Positions 38,115 to 47,293 of a DNA stretch of 64,000 bases are shown here, in pieces; within the stretch, counting starts at the first letter, position 1; the number at the start of each line of letters is the position of its first letter. The notes beneath the pieces are model-generated. The model ran no database searches. It had not been told where the DNA came from and saw nothing but the letters and a program-made list of their open reading frames with translations. The DNA comes from Minisyncoccia bacterium (GTDB taxonomy: Bacteria > Patescibacteriota > Minisyncoccia > Phycocordibacterales > UBA2100): positions 38,432-102,431 of the forward strand of contig JBAQUX010000009.1 of NCBI GenBank assembly GCA_049297775.1, read 5' to 3'. The translations under genes and the position numbers were made by a program.

Positions 38115-39566
38115 TTATCTCTTTCTTTTACTGGGCGAATTATATATCTTGCCGTCAATAATGATTAACTCGGGAACTTTTTCGCCCGCATTTTTCTTTT
38201 TCTCATACATTTCCTTTAGGGTGGCGACATTTTGAGGCAAATCCTTCCCTTTCGGCGCGTTATCTTTTACAAGAATCACAACATAAAAACTATGGTGCGC
38301 TGACTCACTTGCAGCATATGCACTAACTTGATTTGTAAACCCATCAATGAGACTTGTATTATTAGATTTTTTGATCTCAACAATAACTTTATTTTTTGGG
38401 GATGTTGCCATAAAAAAGTCAACAGGTCCAAGCCCAGCATTTGATTGACCAGAAAGCACCACGCCCGCCCTTTCGCAATATTGCTGTGCCGAATGTAGAA
38501 GCAAAAGTTGAGAGATATCCTCGTTGTGTGGCTTATCTGGTAATAACTTGCCAGTCTTAGTTCTATGAAAAAGTAACTTATTTAAACCGTTGTTTTCAAC
38601 GCTCTTTTTAAAGTATCCCAAAATTTCTCTCACAGCAAGTATCAGTGATGCGTCGTCATGAACTGATATAGTGTTGTCGTACTCAAGCCCCTCTCGCTTT
38701 GCCGCAGGGTAAAGATGGTAGTAACCTTTTTGGTCTTGAGTTGTACTGTACTGTGTAGCAGATGCTTTTCTATATGCAGTCAAAACCGTAGATATTTCTT
38801 CTGTAACCCGCACCTTTTCTTCCTGCCCAAGACTGCCGATCTTTTGGATTTGTTTTTTAAGAGCGGGGAGCACTATCGCACTAAATTCGCTTCTTAGCTT
38901 GCGGTTATGTTCTGCCGCTTGTGATATTTCCTCCCAAGAGGATGCAACTGGGAGTGGGCTTACGATAGAGAGAGGAACAAATATTATTGGGTACTTGCTA
39001 TTAAACGGATGAGGTGGGAGATCAAAATATCTTGAGATGACCCAGGTTTTCGAAGTCTTAATGCCGATCTTCTTTGATATTCTCTCGGTAAACCCACAAA
39101 GCTCTATGTGCATTATGCTTGCGGTTAAGTCACTAATACTATCTGGGCCGAAACCATCAATAAATAATGCCAGAACTTCAACAAGCTCTTCATCATCTAG
39201 GCCTAGAACCATTACATCCGACATCGAAAGCAATATCTTTGTCGCAAGTTTTTTTGAAATCGCTTGACCCCGGTCTGTACCTCCGTAACCAATCGATAAT
39301 GACCTGAGTTCTCGTACCGCAAGTCTTGCAACCGCCTCGTCAAAAACTCTTGGAATAGAGGATCTTTTAAGCAACTTAAAAAGTACTGCAAAATATTGCA
39401 ATACCTTCTTGCGCGCATCTTTAAGTTCAGGCACCTTACTCTTGACTAATAATTTTGGATCAATGAAAACTTTTGTATCAACGCCCAGCACAACATCAAA
39501 TACCCCAAGAGCCTCTAGTGCCTTTCTTTCTATGTGTAAATATTCACTAAGTAATTGTGTTTTCAT
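38115..39566 (-). CDS. Hypothetical 483-aa protein with C-terminal PD-(D/E)xK-like nuclease motif (GPVDFFMATSPKNKVIVEIKK)
   Basis: Complete ORF; D-x14-E-x-K spacing in a beta-strand-like context at residues ~389-406; remainder unrecognised; orphan between a membrane protein gene and nrdJ. Confidence 0.4.
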   Translation of the reverse strand: MKTQLLSEYLHIERKALEALGVFDVVLGVDTKVFIDPKLLVKSKVPELKDARKKVLQYFAVLFKLLKRSSIPRVFDEAVARLAVRELRSLSIGYGGTDRGQAISKKLATKILLSMSDVMVLGLDDEELVEVLALFIDGFGPDSISDLTASIMHIELCGFTERISKKIGIKTSKTWVISRYFDLPPHPFNSKYPIIFVPLSIVSPLPVASSWEEISQAAEHNRKLRSEFSAIVLPALKKQIQKIGSLGQEEKVRVTEEISTVLTAYRKASATQYSTTQDQKGYYHLYPAAKREGLEYDNTISVHDDASLILAVREILGYFKKSVENNGLNKLLFHRTKTGKLLPDKPHNEDISQLLLLHSAQQYCERAGVVLSGQSNAGLGPVDFFMATSPKNKVIVEIKKSNNTSLIDGFTNQVSAYAASESAHHSFYVVILVKDNAPKGKDLPQNVATLKEMYEKKKNAGEKVPELIIIDGKIYNSPSKRKR

Positions 39567-39680
39567 AAGCTTTCAAAAAACGATGCAAGTTCGCGGAGAG
39601 ACGAGTTGGGCGAAACGAGGCGTACATAGGCGTACGGTGAGTTTCGCCCGACGAAGTCCGACAAAGAAATTGCGCGTTTT

Positions 39681-42116
39681 TTAAAGCTCTATCTCACAAG
39701 TACCCCCCGCACAAGCTAATTCCTTCTTCACATCCGTATTATCCTTCTTCTCGTACACCACAATCTGTGAGTAGTCGATTTTCTCGTACTTCTTTGCGAG
39801 CTCCTCATACTGCTCCTTCGTACACTCTTCCATCGGTGCCAAGCGGTACACGAAGTCAGTACGTGGGAGGAATGAAAGCCCGCCAACAATTTCCCAGTTT
39901 TGGTAGACCCAGTTTGCCACCGCAATCCACTCATCATCGCCTACAGAAACCGTAATAGATGGGTTGTGCTCAGTGTAATTTACTTTTACTACCTTCCAGT
40001 ATTCGAGTTGGTCAATTGCTGAGAGGTCTTTCTTAAACACTGCGTTTTCTGGTGCCTTAACCGCGAAATCAATGACGTAAGTGTTTGCTGTCTCCATCGT
40101 CTGCCCTACTTCTGGGTTATATGGTACACCTTGGTCACGGAGCATCTTAAAGAGTGAGTCTGTCGCAGAAATACGGATGCGCTGGATGTAATATGGCGCA
40201 AAGCGTGCATGCATACCTGAAGCAGTATCAAACGTCTTAGAGACCGTTCCAGATGGCTTTACGGCAGTTATAGCCGTTGACGGGTTGATACCAAAGCGCT
40301 TTGCATACACCGCGTTTGTCTTTACGGCTGTGTCACGGAGCTTCTTCAAAACATCTGCGTGGCGAACTGCAGGACAGTCCCACTGACCAGTGATTGAAAC
40401 ACCCAAGAGTCTTTCTGCGTCGGCGTTCTCTATCCACTCCTTTGAGAGATACTTAAAGTTCGTAAGACTTGATTGGTACGTACCCAAAATCGTAGCGATT
40501 TTAATTTTCTTCAAAAGTGTTGCTTCAGTGTCTTCTGCGCGTGCGATTACTTCTGAAAGGTTACAGAATTGCTTAGACTGCAGAATAATTTCACCACACG
40601 GGTTGGTACCGAGCTGTCCGATGTCTCCTTTAAACTTTTTGTTCAAAAGGTTCAGACGACGTTGTGGGAGCGTTGTCTTCAATGAACCGCGGTTGAAAAT
40701 ACCACGCTCACCTGACTTACTTTTTACCAACGCCATCCACTCATCGAGGAACTGTTCTGTGGTTGGCTTCTCTTGGTAGACCGCAGAGTTGTTTGAGATT
40801 GAGCGGTGCATGTCGGTAAGGAAGAACTGTCCTTTCTTTGCATCACGCATTGCGTCATCGTCTAAATCAGAAAGAGAAATCATCGCTGAACGGCGTACGC
40901 CACCCGCAACCACACACTCACCAATCTTACAGATGATATCGTGCGCGTTGATGTTCGTAAGGCGCTTGCCTTGGCGAGAGATAATCGTGTTACGCGCAAA
41001 ACCAAGAAGTGAGCGGAGTGGTTCTGGTCCAGAACTCTTACCTCCCATCACCTTCAAGCGTGCACCCGCTGGGCGAACCATCGAGTAATCGAAGTCCACG
41101 TCCTTACCAGCAAACCATGTCTTTAAACCATGCGTGAGCGCATCACACCATCCTTCTTTTGAATCTACCACAACATGTGTCGGAAGTTTTTCTTTTGACT
41201 GACGTGCAATGAGTGGGAGTTGTTGAATGTTCTCACTTTCTACTGAGAATCCGACACCCGTACCACACATTGAGAGGTACATGATTTCTGCGAAATCTCC
41301 CAATGCTTGTGGTGCGATAAATGAACAGTTGTAGACACAAACGTTACAGCGACGTGCAGGATCACCTGAAAACTGCATTGCACGCATTGATGGCATGACC
41401 TGCTGTTTTAGGATTGCCATACGCACTTCTGCATACTCTTTTTCCTCGAGCTTCTTGCCAAGGTTTTCTTTCATGAACGCCATGTAGCGGTCAACACTTT
41501 CTACCCATGTCTCACGGCGTTGCTCATCTTCCTTCCATCTCGCATATGAACGAAGGAACACGAACTCACCGAGTGCGTTTCCTTTGAAGTATGACTTACT
41601 TTCTGCGACTAACTTTTTGAGACTTTCTGGAATTTCTACCACTTCCTCACTGCGCTTACGTGCACGTTCAGCTCGGTACAGAATATATGCCTTAGATGCA
41701 GTAACGTAATCTGAGAGAATGAGCTGGCGCTCTACTTCATCCTGAATACCCTCCACCGTAGGAACGAAGTCTTTGTGCTTGCGTGCAGTACGAACCAAAT
41801 CACTCACTACCTTGTGTGCAACCATGATTGCCTCCTCATCAGAACCCTCTTGTGAGGCGACCATTGCTTTGAAGATAGCGTTTGCGACGCGACCAAATTC
41901 AAGTGGCACGACACGACCATCACGCTTACGAATTTTCGGTACAAACTTCTGGTATCTGGCATTCTCGGAATCCTTGACGGTGAGTGAAGATGCTGCGGCT
42001 CGTAAAGCGCTTTCTGGTGTCATACGCACTTGTTTAATTGTGACTAAAAAAGTTTGCGAGAGAACTTTTCTCATGCAAACCGTTACCGTAGTGTACAGTG
42101 GATATGTTGTGCGCAA
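39681..42116 (-). CDS. nrdJ: Ribonucleoside-diphosphate/triphosphate reductase, class II (adenosylcobalamin-dependent)
   Basis: Active-site region LGTNPCGEIIL, C-terminal redox cysteines CAGGTCEIEL, overall ~800 aa; true start uncertain (Met at 42116, 42074 or 42023). Confidence 0.8.
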   Translation of the reverse strand: MRTTYPLYTTVTVCMRKVLSQTFLVTIKQVRMTPESALRAAASSLTVKDSENARYQKFVPKIRKRDGRVVPLEFGRVANAIFKAMVASQEGSDEEAIMVAHKVVSDLVRTARKHKDFVPTVEGIQDEVERQLILSDYVTASKAYILYRAERARKRSEEVVEIPESLKKLVAESKSYFKGNALGEFVFLRSYARWKEDEQRRETWVESVDRYMAFMKENLGKKLEEKEYAEVRMAILKQQVMPSMRAMQFSGDPARRCNVCVYNCSFIAPQALGDFAEIMYLSMCGTGVGFSVESENIQQLPLIARQSKEKLPTHVVVDSKEGWCDALTHGLKTWFAGKDVDFDYSMVRPAGARLKVMGGKSSGPEPLRSLLGFARNTIISRQGKRLTNINAHDIICKIGECVVAGGVRRSAMISLSDLDDDAMRDAKKGQFFLTDMHRSISNNSAVYQEKPTTEQFLDEWMALVKSKSGERGIFNRGSLKTTLPQRRLNLLNKKFKGDIGQLGTNPCGEIILQSKQFCNLSEVIARAEDTEATLLKKIKIATILGTYQSSLTNFKYLSKEWIENADAERLLGVSITGQWDCPAVRHADVLKKLRDTAVKTNAVYAKRFGINPSTAITAVKPSGTVSKTFDTASGMHARFAPYYIQRIRISATDSLFKMLRDQGVPYNPEVGQTMETANTYVIDFAVKAPENAVFKKDLSAIDQLEYWKVVKVNYTEHNPSITVSVGDDEWIAVANWVYQNWEIVGGLSFLPRTDFVYRLAPMEECTKEQYEELAKKYEKIDYSQIVVYEKKDNTDVKKELACAGGTCEIEL

Positions 42117-42179
42117 GGTGTGGATAAAGCACCGTGATACATCTGCAATTTTTTGTAAAGAGCAGGCACTAAAATCGGG

Positions 42180-42668
42180 CTATAAATCAACCTTTTGTCC
42201 GAGGGCAACATTGAAGCTGTCCGCAAACCCCGCATGAAGCTCCAAAACATACTTTGCTGGTACCGAACTCATGTATACCTGCGGGTATGACTCTGGCTGC
42301 ATTTCTTCTACCAGGCCTACAATAGTGCCGTCTTCGGCTATCCAGAGCACATCTATCGCAAAATTCATGTCCTTCATCCAGATACCCCACTCATCTGAAG
42401 TATCGAACACAAAGAGCATGCCCTCATTGTAGCCAATGTTTGTTTTACCGCTTAAACCCTTCACTCTATCGGCTTCTGTAGCAAGCAAGTGAGCACGTAC
42501 TGGTGTGCCATTTACATAAATTGTCTTTTCATGAGCACGATGTTTAAAAGAAAATGGGAGTGTTGGCTCCTTCATCATGAACTGGAAGAACGTAAAGAAA
42601 AGGAGTGTTACGCCAATAACACTCATCATAATGTAGACGGAGTACCGCATCAAAAAGTTGTCAGGCAT
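42180..42668 (-). CDS. DUF192-domain protein (COG1430)
   Basis: N-terminal TM; GMLFVFDTSDEWGIWMKDMNFAIDVLWIAEDGTIVGL matches the DUF192 core (G.LF.f.....WMK.T..pLD..f....G.I). Confidence 0.6.
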   Translation of the reverse strand: MPDNFLMRYSVYIMMSVIGVTLLFFTFFQFMMKEPTLPFSFKHRAHEKTIYVNGTPVRAHLLATEADRVKGLSGKTNIGYNEGMLFVFDTSDEWGIWMKDMNFAIDVLWIAEDGTIVGLVEEMQPESYPQVYMSSVPAKYVLELHAGFADSFNVALGQKVDL

Positions 42669-42742
42669 ACGAGCAAGTATAGCATTTTTGCCCTATCACA
42701 ACATGGGCTATACTGTGCACATTAACGATAACAACACACACC

Positions 42743-43315
42743 ATGGACATGCTCACGAGTATTGCAGGTAATTTTTCACAAGATACGCTTAACAAGGTTG
42801 CAACAGCCGCCGGTATTGACCCTACAACAGCCTCAAAAGCTTTTGGCGCAATTGCCCCACTTGTCGTTGGCAAAATGGCAGAAAATGCACAGGCAGGAGG
42901 CGCAGACGCACTGAACGCAACCCTTGATAAACACGATGGTTCAATTTTTGATTCTCTCGGTGATTTAAGTGGAAAAATGGGAGACGGTGAGAAAATTTTA
43001 GGACACGTCTTTGGTGGTGATACATCGAGCGCCGTATCAAAAGTAGCATCACAAACAGGTATGGACAGTGCACAGGTGCAAAAGCTGATGATGATGGTTG
43101 CACCACTCATCCTTGGCGCACTGGGTAAGGCAAAGAAGACTGGTGGTATGGACAGCACATCACTCGTCACAACACTTGGCGGACTCTCATCAATGATGGG
43201 TGGCTCAGGAAACCTTGCGAGTGTTGCAGGTGCACTCTTAGGTGGTGGTACACAAAAAAAGGGCGGACTTGGAGATATTTTAGGTATGCTGAGTAGTGTG
43301 CTCGGGAAGAAGTAA
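42743..43315 (+). CDS. DUF937-like Gly/Ala-rich protein
   Basis: Low-complexity G/A/L/S-rich repeats with LGGLLGG-type ends, as in DUF937 proteins; weak assignment. Confidence 0.4.
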   Translation: MDMLTSIAGNFSQDTLNKVATAAGIDPTTASKAFGAIAPLVVGKMAENAQAGGADALNATLDKHDGSIFDSLGDLSGKMGDGEKILGHVFGGDTSSAVSKVASQTGMDSAQVQKLMMMVAPLILGALGKAKKTGGMDSTSLVTTLGGLSSMMGGSGNLASVAGALLGGGTQKKGGLGDILGMLSSVLGKK

Positions 43316-43332
43316 TCATTTGTAAAATTATT

Positions 43333-43363
43333 AAAAAGCGCGAGAGGTATCTCGCGCTTTTTA
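43333..43363. terminator. Bidirectional rho-independent terminator (aaaa-agcgcgagaggtatctcgcgct-tttt)
   Basis: 9-bp GC-rich stem with flanking A/T runs between convergent genes. Confidence 0.75.
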
Positions 43364-43374
43364 TATGCACCATG

Positions 43375-43830
43375 TTATAGACCCAGCAATTCTGCCACGG
43401 CAGAGGCTGCCTGATATCCAACATTTCCATCACTATCGGCACTCCGTGCTTCTGCCTGCTCTTTTGTATTTGTAGTGATAATACCAAGGCCAATAGGAAT
43501 TTTGAGCGCAGTTTGTAGTGTATGTACCGTTCCAAATGTTGCGTTCGCAATATACTCATCGTGCTTTGTCTCCCCTTTTATAATGGCACCGAGCACAATG
43601 ATTGCGTGTGGCTTTTTCTTTTTTGTTCCCGCGATAATGCCGTACGGAATATCATATGATCCTGGGACCGTAATCTCACGGATATTTTTTTGCACGACAC
43701 CGCACTCTATGAGTGCCTTGTGCGCACCCGCAAGAAGTCCTGCGGTTACTGCTTCATTAAAACGTGCGCGGACAATGAGTACCGTGGTGCCTTTTTTTAC
43801 CGTGACTTTTTCGAATTCATTCCATTTCAT
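43375..43830 (-). CDS. ribH: 6,7-dimethyl-8-ribityllumazine synthase
   Basis: VLIVRARFNEAVTAGLLAGA, PGSYDIPYG, VLGAIIKGETKHDEYIANA core motifs; 151 aa. Confidence 0.85.
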   Translation of the reverse strand: MKWNEFEKVTVKKGTTVLIVRARFNEAVTAGLLAGAHKALIECGVVQKNIREITVPGSYDIPYGIIAGTKKKKPHAIIVLGAIIKGETKHDEYIANATFGTVHTLQTALKIPIGLGIITTNTKEQAEARSADSDGNVGYQAASAVAELLGL

Positions 43831-43839
43831 AGTATGTAA

Positions 43840-44433
43840 TTATGTGATGTGTGCCCGAGCATAGCGCGCAAGCATGTCGATTTCAAGGTTTACGGTATCC
43901 CCCACCCGCTTGTCTTTAAAGTGTGTGACCGCCCATGTATGCGCAACGAGTTGAACTGAAAATGTGTGTTGCTCTGTATTAACAGAAACAATGGTGAGAC
44001 TGACACCATCTATGGCAATACTTCCTTTCGGAACAATAAACTGCTGGAGTTGGTTACTGAAAATAATACTCATGTGTGATTGTTGCGGTTCGTTTTTAAG
44101 TGCAACAATGGTTCCTACACAGTCCACGTGTCCAAATACAAAATGCCCATCAACCGAATCACCCACGCGAAGTGACGGCTCGAGGTGTACCTGCTGTCCT
44201 ACTATAAGCGTACCGAGTGTTGTTTTTTCTGCTGTCTCTTCCATGATGTCGAACGTGCATGCGCTCTCTTTTTCTGAAGCGACCGTCAAGCAGACGCCAT
44301 TTACTGCAAGACTATCACCGAGTGCGAGGGTTGAAATTTCTTTGGGAATTTCCAAGACGAGTGAGTGTCTACCATCTTCCCCTTTAACGTGTGTGAGTAC
44401 GGTGCCGTGGTTGCGTATAATACCGGTGAACAT
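43840..44433 (-). CDS. ribE: Riboflavin synthase (alpha subunit)
   Basis: MFTGII N-terminus, two lumazine-binding repeats (LGDSLAVNGVCLTV; GSIAIDGVSLTIV). Confidence 0.85.
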   Translation of the reverse strand: MFTGIIRNHGTVLTHVKGEDGRHSLVLEIPKEISTLALGDSLAVNGVCLTVASEKESACTFDIMEETAEKTTLGTLIVGQQVHLEPSLRVGDSVDGHFVFGHVDCVGTIVALKNEPQQSHMSIIFSNQLQQFIVPKGSIAIDGVSLTIVSVNTEQHTFSVQLVAHTWAVTHFKDKRVGDTVNLEIDMLARYARAHIT

Positions 44434-45199
44434 ACTCTATATCTTTTTTAATATCGTTAATAAGCGCTGATGCTCCTCTGTAGCGCTTAGTATTCCTTAT
44501 TTTTTTATCAAGCACAATAGTGAGTGTTTTCCCGTAGAAGTTTTTTTTGATGCCAACAATATGTGTTTCAACAAGCGGACCGCCAAGTTCCTTGCGGACG
44601 CCAATGACGGTAGCTCCTTGGTATATCTTTTTTTCACAATAGACCTCTGATGCATACACTCCCGCAGGGTACAGGCGCCGTACAGAGGCAGGAGCGTGCA
44701 CGTTTGCTGTTGGGTAGCCAAGCTTTCGTCCTTCGCCACGACCAGAAACTACCACACCTCGCGCCAGTGGCAAATGCGCAAATTTTGGCAGGAGTGATGA
44801 CTTATAGCGTGTTGGCTCAAGAGGTTGAGCACGTACGATGCGGGAATGTGGCAATGCACGTGCACAGTATTTTTTTAGTAATGGCACCATAGCTACCTGG
44901 TCATAGCCTAGGCAAAAAACGTCTGGAGCATAGGTGCGCACACGAGCAAGGTAGTCGCTCGTGCTCCCTAAAACGACCTTATCGGCAATTGCGAGCTTTT
45001 TAAGCGCACGCACGCGCTCCGCTTCTGTGTGCAGTGTCGGTCGTCCTTTTACCTTAACAACTGTTGTGTCACGCGCGACAACGACAATGAGTTCAGTGCC
45101 TAATTTTTTTGCGGTTTCAAGAAAGTGCACATGCCCAAGGTGGAGCCGATCAAAGGTTCCAAATGCCAATACTCTTTTTTTCTTTTCAGTATTCCGCAT
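44384..45199 (-). CDS. ribF: Bifunctional riboflavin kinase / FAD synthetase
   Basis: N-terminal nucleotidyltransferase motif GTFDRLHLGHVHFL; C-terminal riboflavin-kinase motif GRGEGRKLGYPTANV; overlaps ribE start by 50 nt. Confidence 0.8.
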   Translation of the reverse strand: MRNTEKKKRVLAFGTFDRLHLGHVHFLETAKKLGTELIVVVARDTTVVKVKGRPTLHTEAERVRALKKLAIADKVVLGSTSDYLARVRTYAPDVFCLGYDQVAMVPLLKKYCARALPHSRIVRAQPLEPTRYKSSLLPKFAHLPLARGVVVSGRGEGRKLGYPTANVHAPASVRRLYPAGVYASEVYCEKKIYQGATVIGVRKELGGPLVETHIVGIKKNFYGKTLTIVLDKKIRNTKRYRGASALINDIKKDIEYVHRYYTQPRHRTHTR

Positions 45200-45204
45200 A
45201 ACGC

Positions 45205-46032
45205 TTATGTAAACAGTGCATCAAGTGCCCGCGCATAGCTTTCGAGTGCGCGCGCTTCTGCCTCGTCACTGGTGAGCACATACTTCTCAAATGCAACGCT
45301 CCCGTTTATTTCCATAACGCGCATGGTGCCATCAGAAAGACGAACGATATCTATATTCATAAATCTACCGCCAAGCGCATGCTGTGCGGCACGCGCAAGT
45401 ACTGCCACTGCTTCCCAATCATTCTGCGGTACTTCATGCGCTGTTGCGCCATGCGCAAGATTAAAACGAAATTCTGTTGGGTCGGGTGCGTGGCGCTTTT
45501 CATACATGTGGAGCACCTCTGTATCAAGCACAGTGACACGGTACTCACTCACACAAACTACAAACGGTGAAAGTGCGAGTGCGCGGTGTGTTAAGAATAA
45601 TTTCTCTAAAATACTGACGCCTTCGTTGTATGTTGTCGCTCGTACCACTTCTGTTCCTCCTGCACCTGTATTTGGTTTTATAACAACATCATTATTGTGT
45701 TGTGCGAAAAATTCTTGGACCAGTTGTACTTGTTGTGGCAACCACCCTTTTGACTGTGGACGTAGCACAAGCGTGTGTTCTACGTGCGGGATACCTTCTC
45801 TCTCTAAAATATGCGAAGTGGCACTCTTGTCCTTTGCCACCAAATGTTGAGCACTGGTATTCAGGCCGATATCACACCATTCTATATATTTTACTACGCC
45901 ATCTTTTTCAAGACGGATAAGCCAGTCACCAAAGGAGAACTCGTAGGTGACACTGCGTGATTCTGCCCATGTACGGACCGCATGTGCAAAAAATCTATTC
46001 CAGCCTTCTATGTGCGCATCTTCAGACTCCAT
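45205..46032 (-). CDS. ATP-grasp domain protein (RimK/glutathione-synthetase-like ligase fold), substrate unknown
   Basis: VVIKPNTGAGGTEV (ATP-grasp phosphate-binding loop), central and C-terminal ATP-grasp elements (FMNIDIVRLSDGTMRVMEINGSVAFE); 5-nt gap to ribF downstream. Confidence 0.55.
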   Translation of the reverse strand: MESEDAHIEGWNRFFAHAVRTWAESRSVTYEFSFGDWLIRLEKDGVVKYIEWCDIGLNTSAQHLVAKDKSATSHILEREGIPHVEHTLVLRPQSKGWLPQQVQLVQEFFAQHNNDVVIKPNTGAGGTEVVRATTYNEGVSILEKLFLTHRALALSPFVVCVSEYRVTVLDTEVLHMYEKRHAPDPTEFRFNLAHGATAHEVPQNDWEAVAVLARAAQHALGGRFMNIDIVRLSDGTMRVMEINGSVAFEKYVLTSDEAEARALESYARALDALFT

Positions 46033-46080
46033 CGCGGGTACTGTAACGTAAAATGAGTCTGAAAGATAGCAGAACGAAAC

Positions 46081-47001
46081 CTACGCGCGTTTATTGTGCA
46101 TGAGAAGGTACGCTGCGGAACCAGAGGCCAGAAGTATGATGCAGAGTACAATCCAAAACGCATGTTGCTGGTCTGCAAACGGAAGCGGAACATTCATACC
46201 GTAGATAGATGCTATCGCCATAGGAATGGTAAAGATAACGGTGAGTGTCGTCAATGTCTCAACAGTTTTGTTCAATCTATTTGAAAGAATCATAGAGTAT
46301 GCAGAGCGAATGTTTTCAATCGTACGACCTACAGTTTTCGCACTTTCTATCGTCTGGCGGGTGGCGATTGCCAAGTCTTCCACGAAGTCTTTATCGTCTT
46401 CATGCAACTGGAGCCACTTACCTGAGAGCACAGTTTCAAGCGCGGCACTTGTGGGAATGAGTGTACTCGTAAAATCATTTACCACACCTTCAAGAACGAC
46501 GAAGCGCTCAATATCTTTATTTGTAATATTGTTGATAGTTACTCGCGTACGGTTCACTTCCTTGCGAATAGTGGTGAGTGAGCGGGCGAAGGAAACCTCA
46601 ACCATGCGCATGAGATGAATGAAGAAATTTGTAGCGTCTGTAGTCAATGCATCAGACACTCCCGTGCGAAGTTGTGAAAGAAATTGCGGTTCATTTGGCG
46701 TTACGGTGAGCACTTTTCCTTTTGTAATGGCAATGAGAAGTGGCGCTGTTGAATCTTCTCCACCATCTGGTAATGGATATCGTGTAAAGAAATACGTGAC
46801 ATCATCTTCATACTCAACACGTGGCACTTCAAAGAAGTCTTGGGCATCTCGTAAAATAGCATCACTAAAACTATGACGCTCAACAAGGTACGCAATATCT
46901 GCCTCATCGAGAGCAGTTACGGCAATCCAGACATCTGATGACTCTGCATCAACTGTCTGCATGTGCGTATTTTTTTCTTTTCGTGAAAAATACGAAATCA
47001 T
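46081..47001 (-). CDS. corA: CorA-family magnesium/cobalt transporter
   Basis: C-terminal two TM helices with signature IASIYGMNVP (YGMN motif) and acidic N-terminal cytoplasmic domain; 306 aa. Confidence 0.75.
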   Translation of the reverse strand: MISYFSRKEKNTHMQTVDAESSDVWIAVTALDEADIAYLVERHSFSDAILRDAQDFFEVPRVEYEDDVTYFFTRYPLPDGGEDSTAPLLIAITKGKVLTVTPNEPQFLSQLRTGVSDALTTDATNFFIHLMRMVEVSFARSLTTIRKEVNRTRVTINNITNKDIERFVVLEGVVNDFTSTLIPTSAALETVLSGKWLQLHEDDKDFVEDLAIATRQTIESAKTVGRTIENIRSAYSMILSNRLNKTVETLTTLTVIFTIPMAIASIYGMNVPLPFADQQHAFWIVLCIILLASGSAAYLLMHNKRA

Positions 47002-47063
47002 ACGGAACAGTGTACCCTATGTCAGGTTAAAAAATAAGTAATCTCTGTGCAGGAGTGCACAAA

Positions 47064-47288
47064 CTATTCCTCTATTTTTTGGAAGCGCGGTATGACGTTC
47101 CCATCTACTTCTACCGTTTCGATAAACATTTTGAGCGGACGTACCCAGAGGGCGTTTTCTCCGAATTCTTCATGCACGTAGAGTGCGCGGTACACTACCA
47201 GCTCCTCAAGTGTTTCACTATGGTGTGCCGTACCGAGCACTTCGTACAATTTGTTTTTGTAGTGCTTATATTTTCCTGGGGTAAGCAT
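47064..47288 (-). CDS. DUF1653-domain protein (YodC-like)
   Basis: GKYKHYKNKLYEVLGTAHHSETLEELVVYRALY...WVRPLKMFIETVEVDGNVIPRFQKI matches the DUF1653 consensus. Confidence 0.7.
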   Translation of the reverse strand: MLTPGKYKHYKNKLYEVLGTAHHSETLEELVVYRALYVHEEFGENALWVRPLKMFIETVEVDGNVIPRFQKIEE

Positions 47289-47293
47289 GGGTA

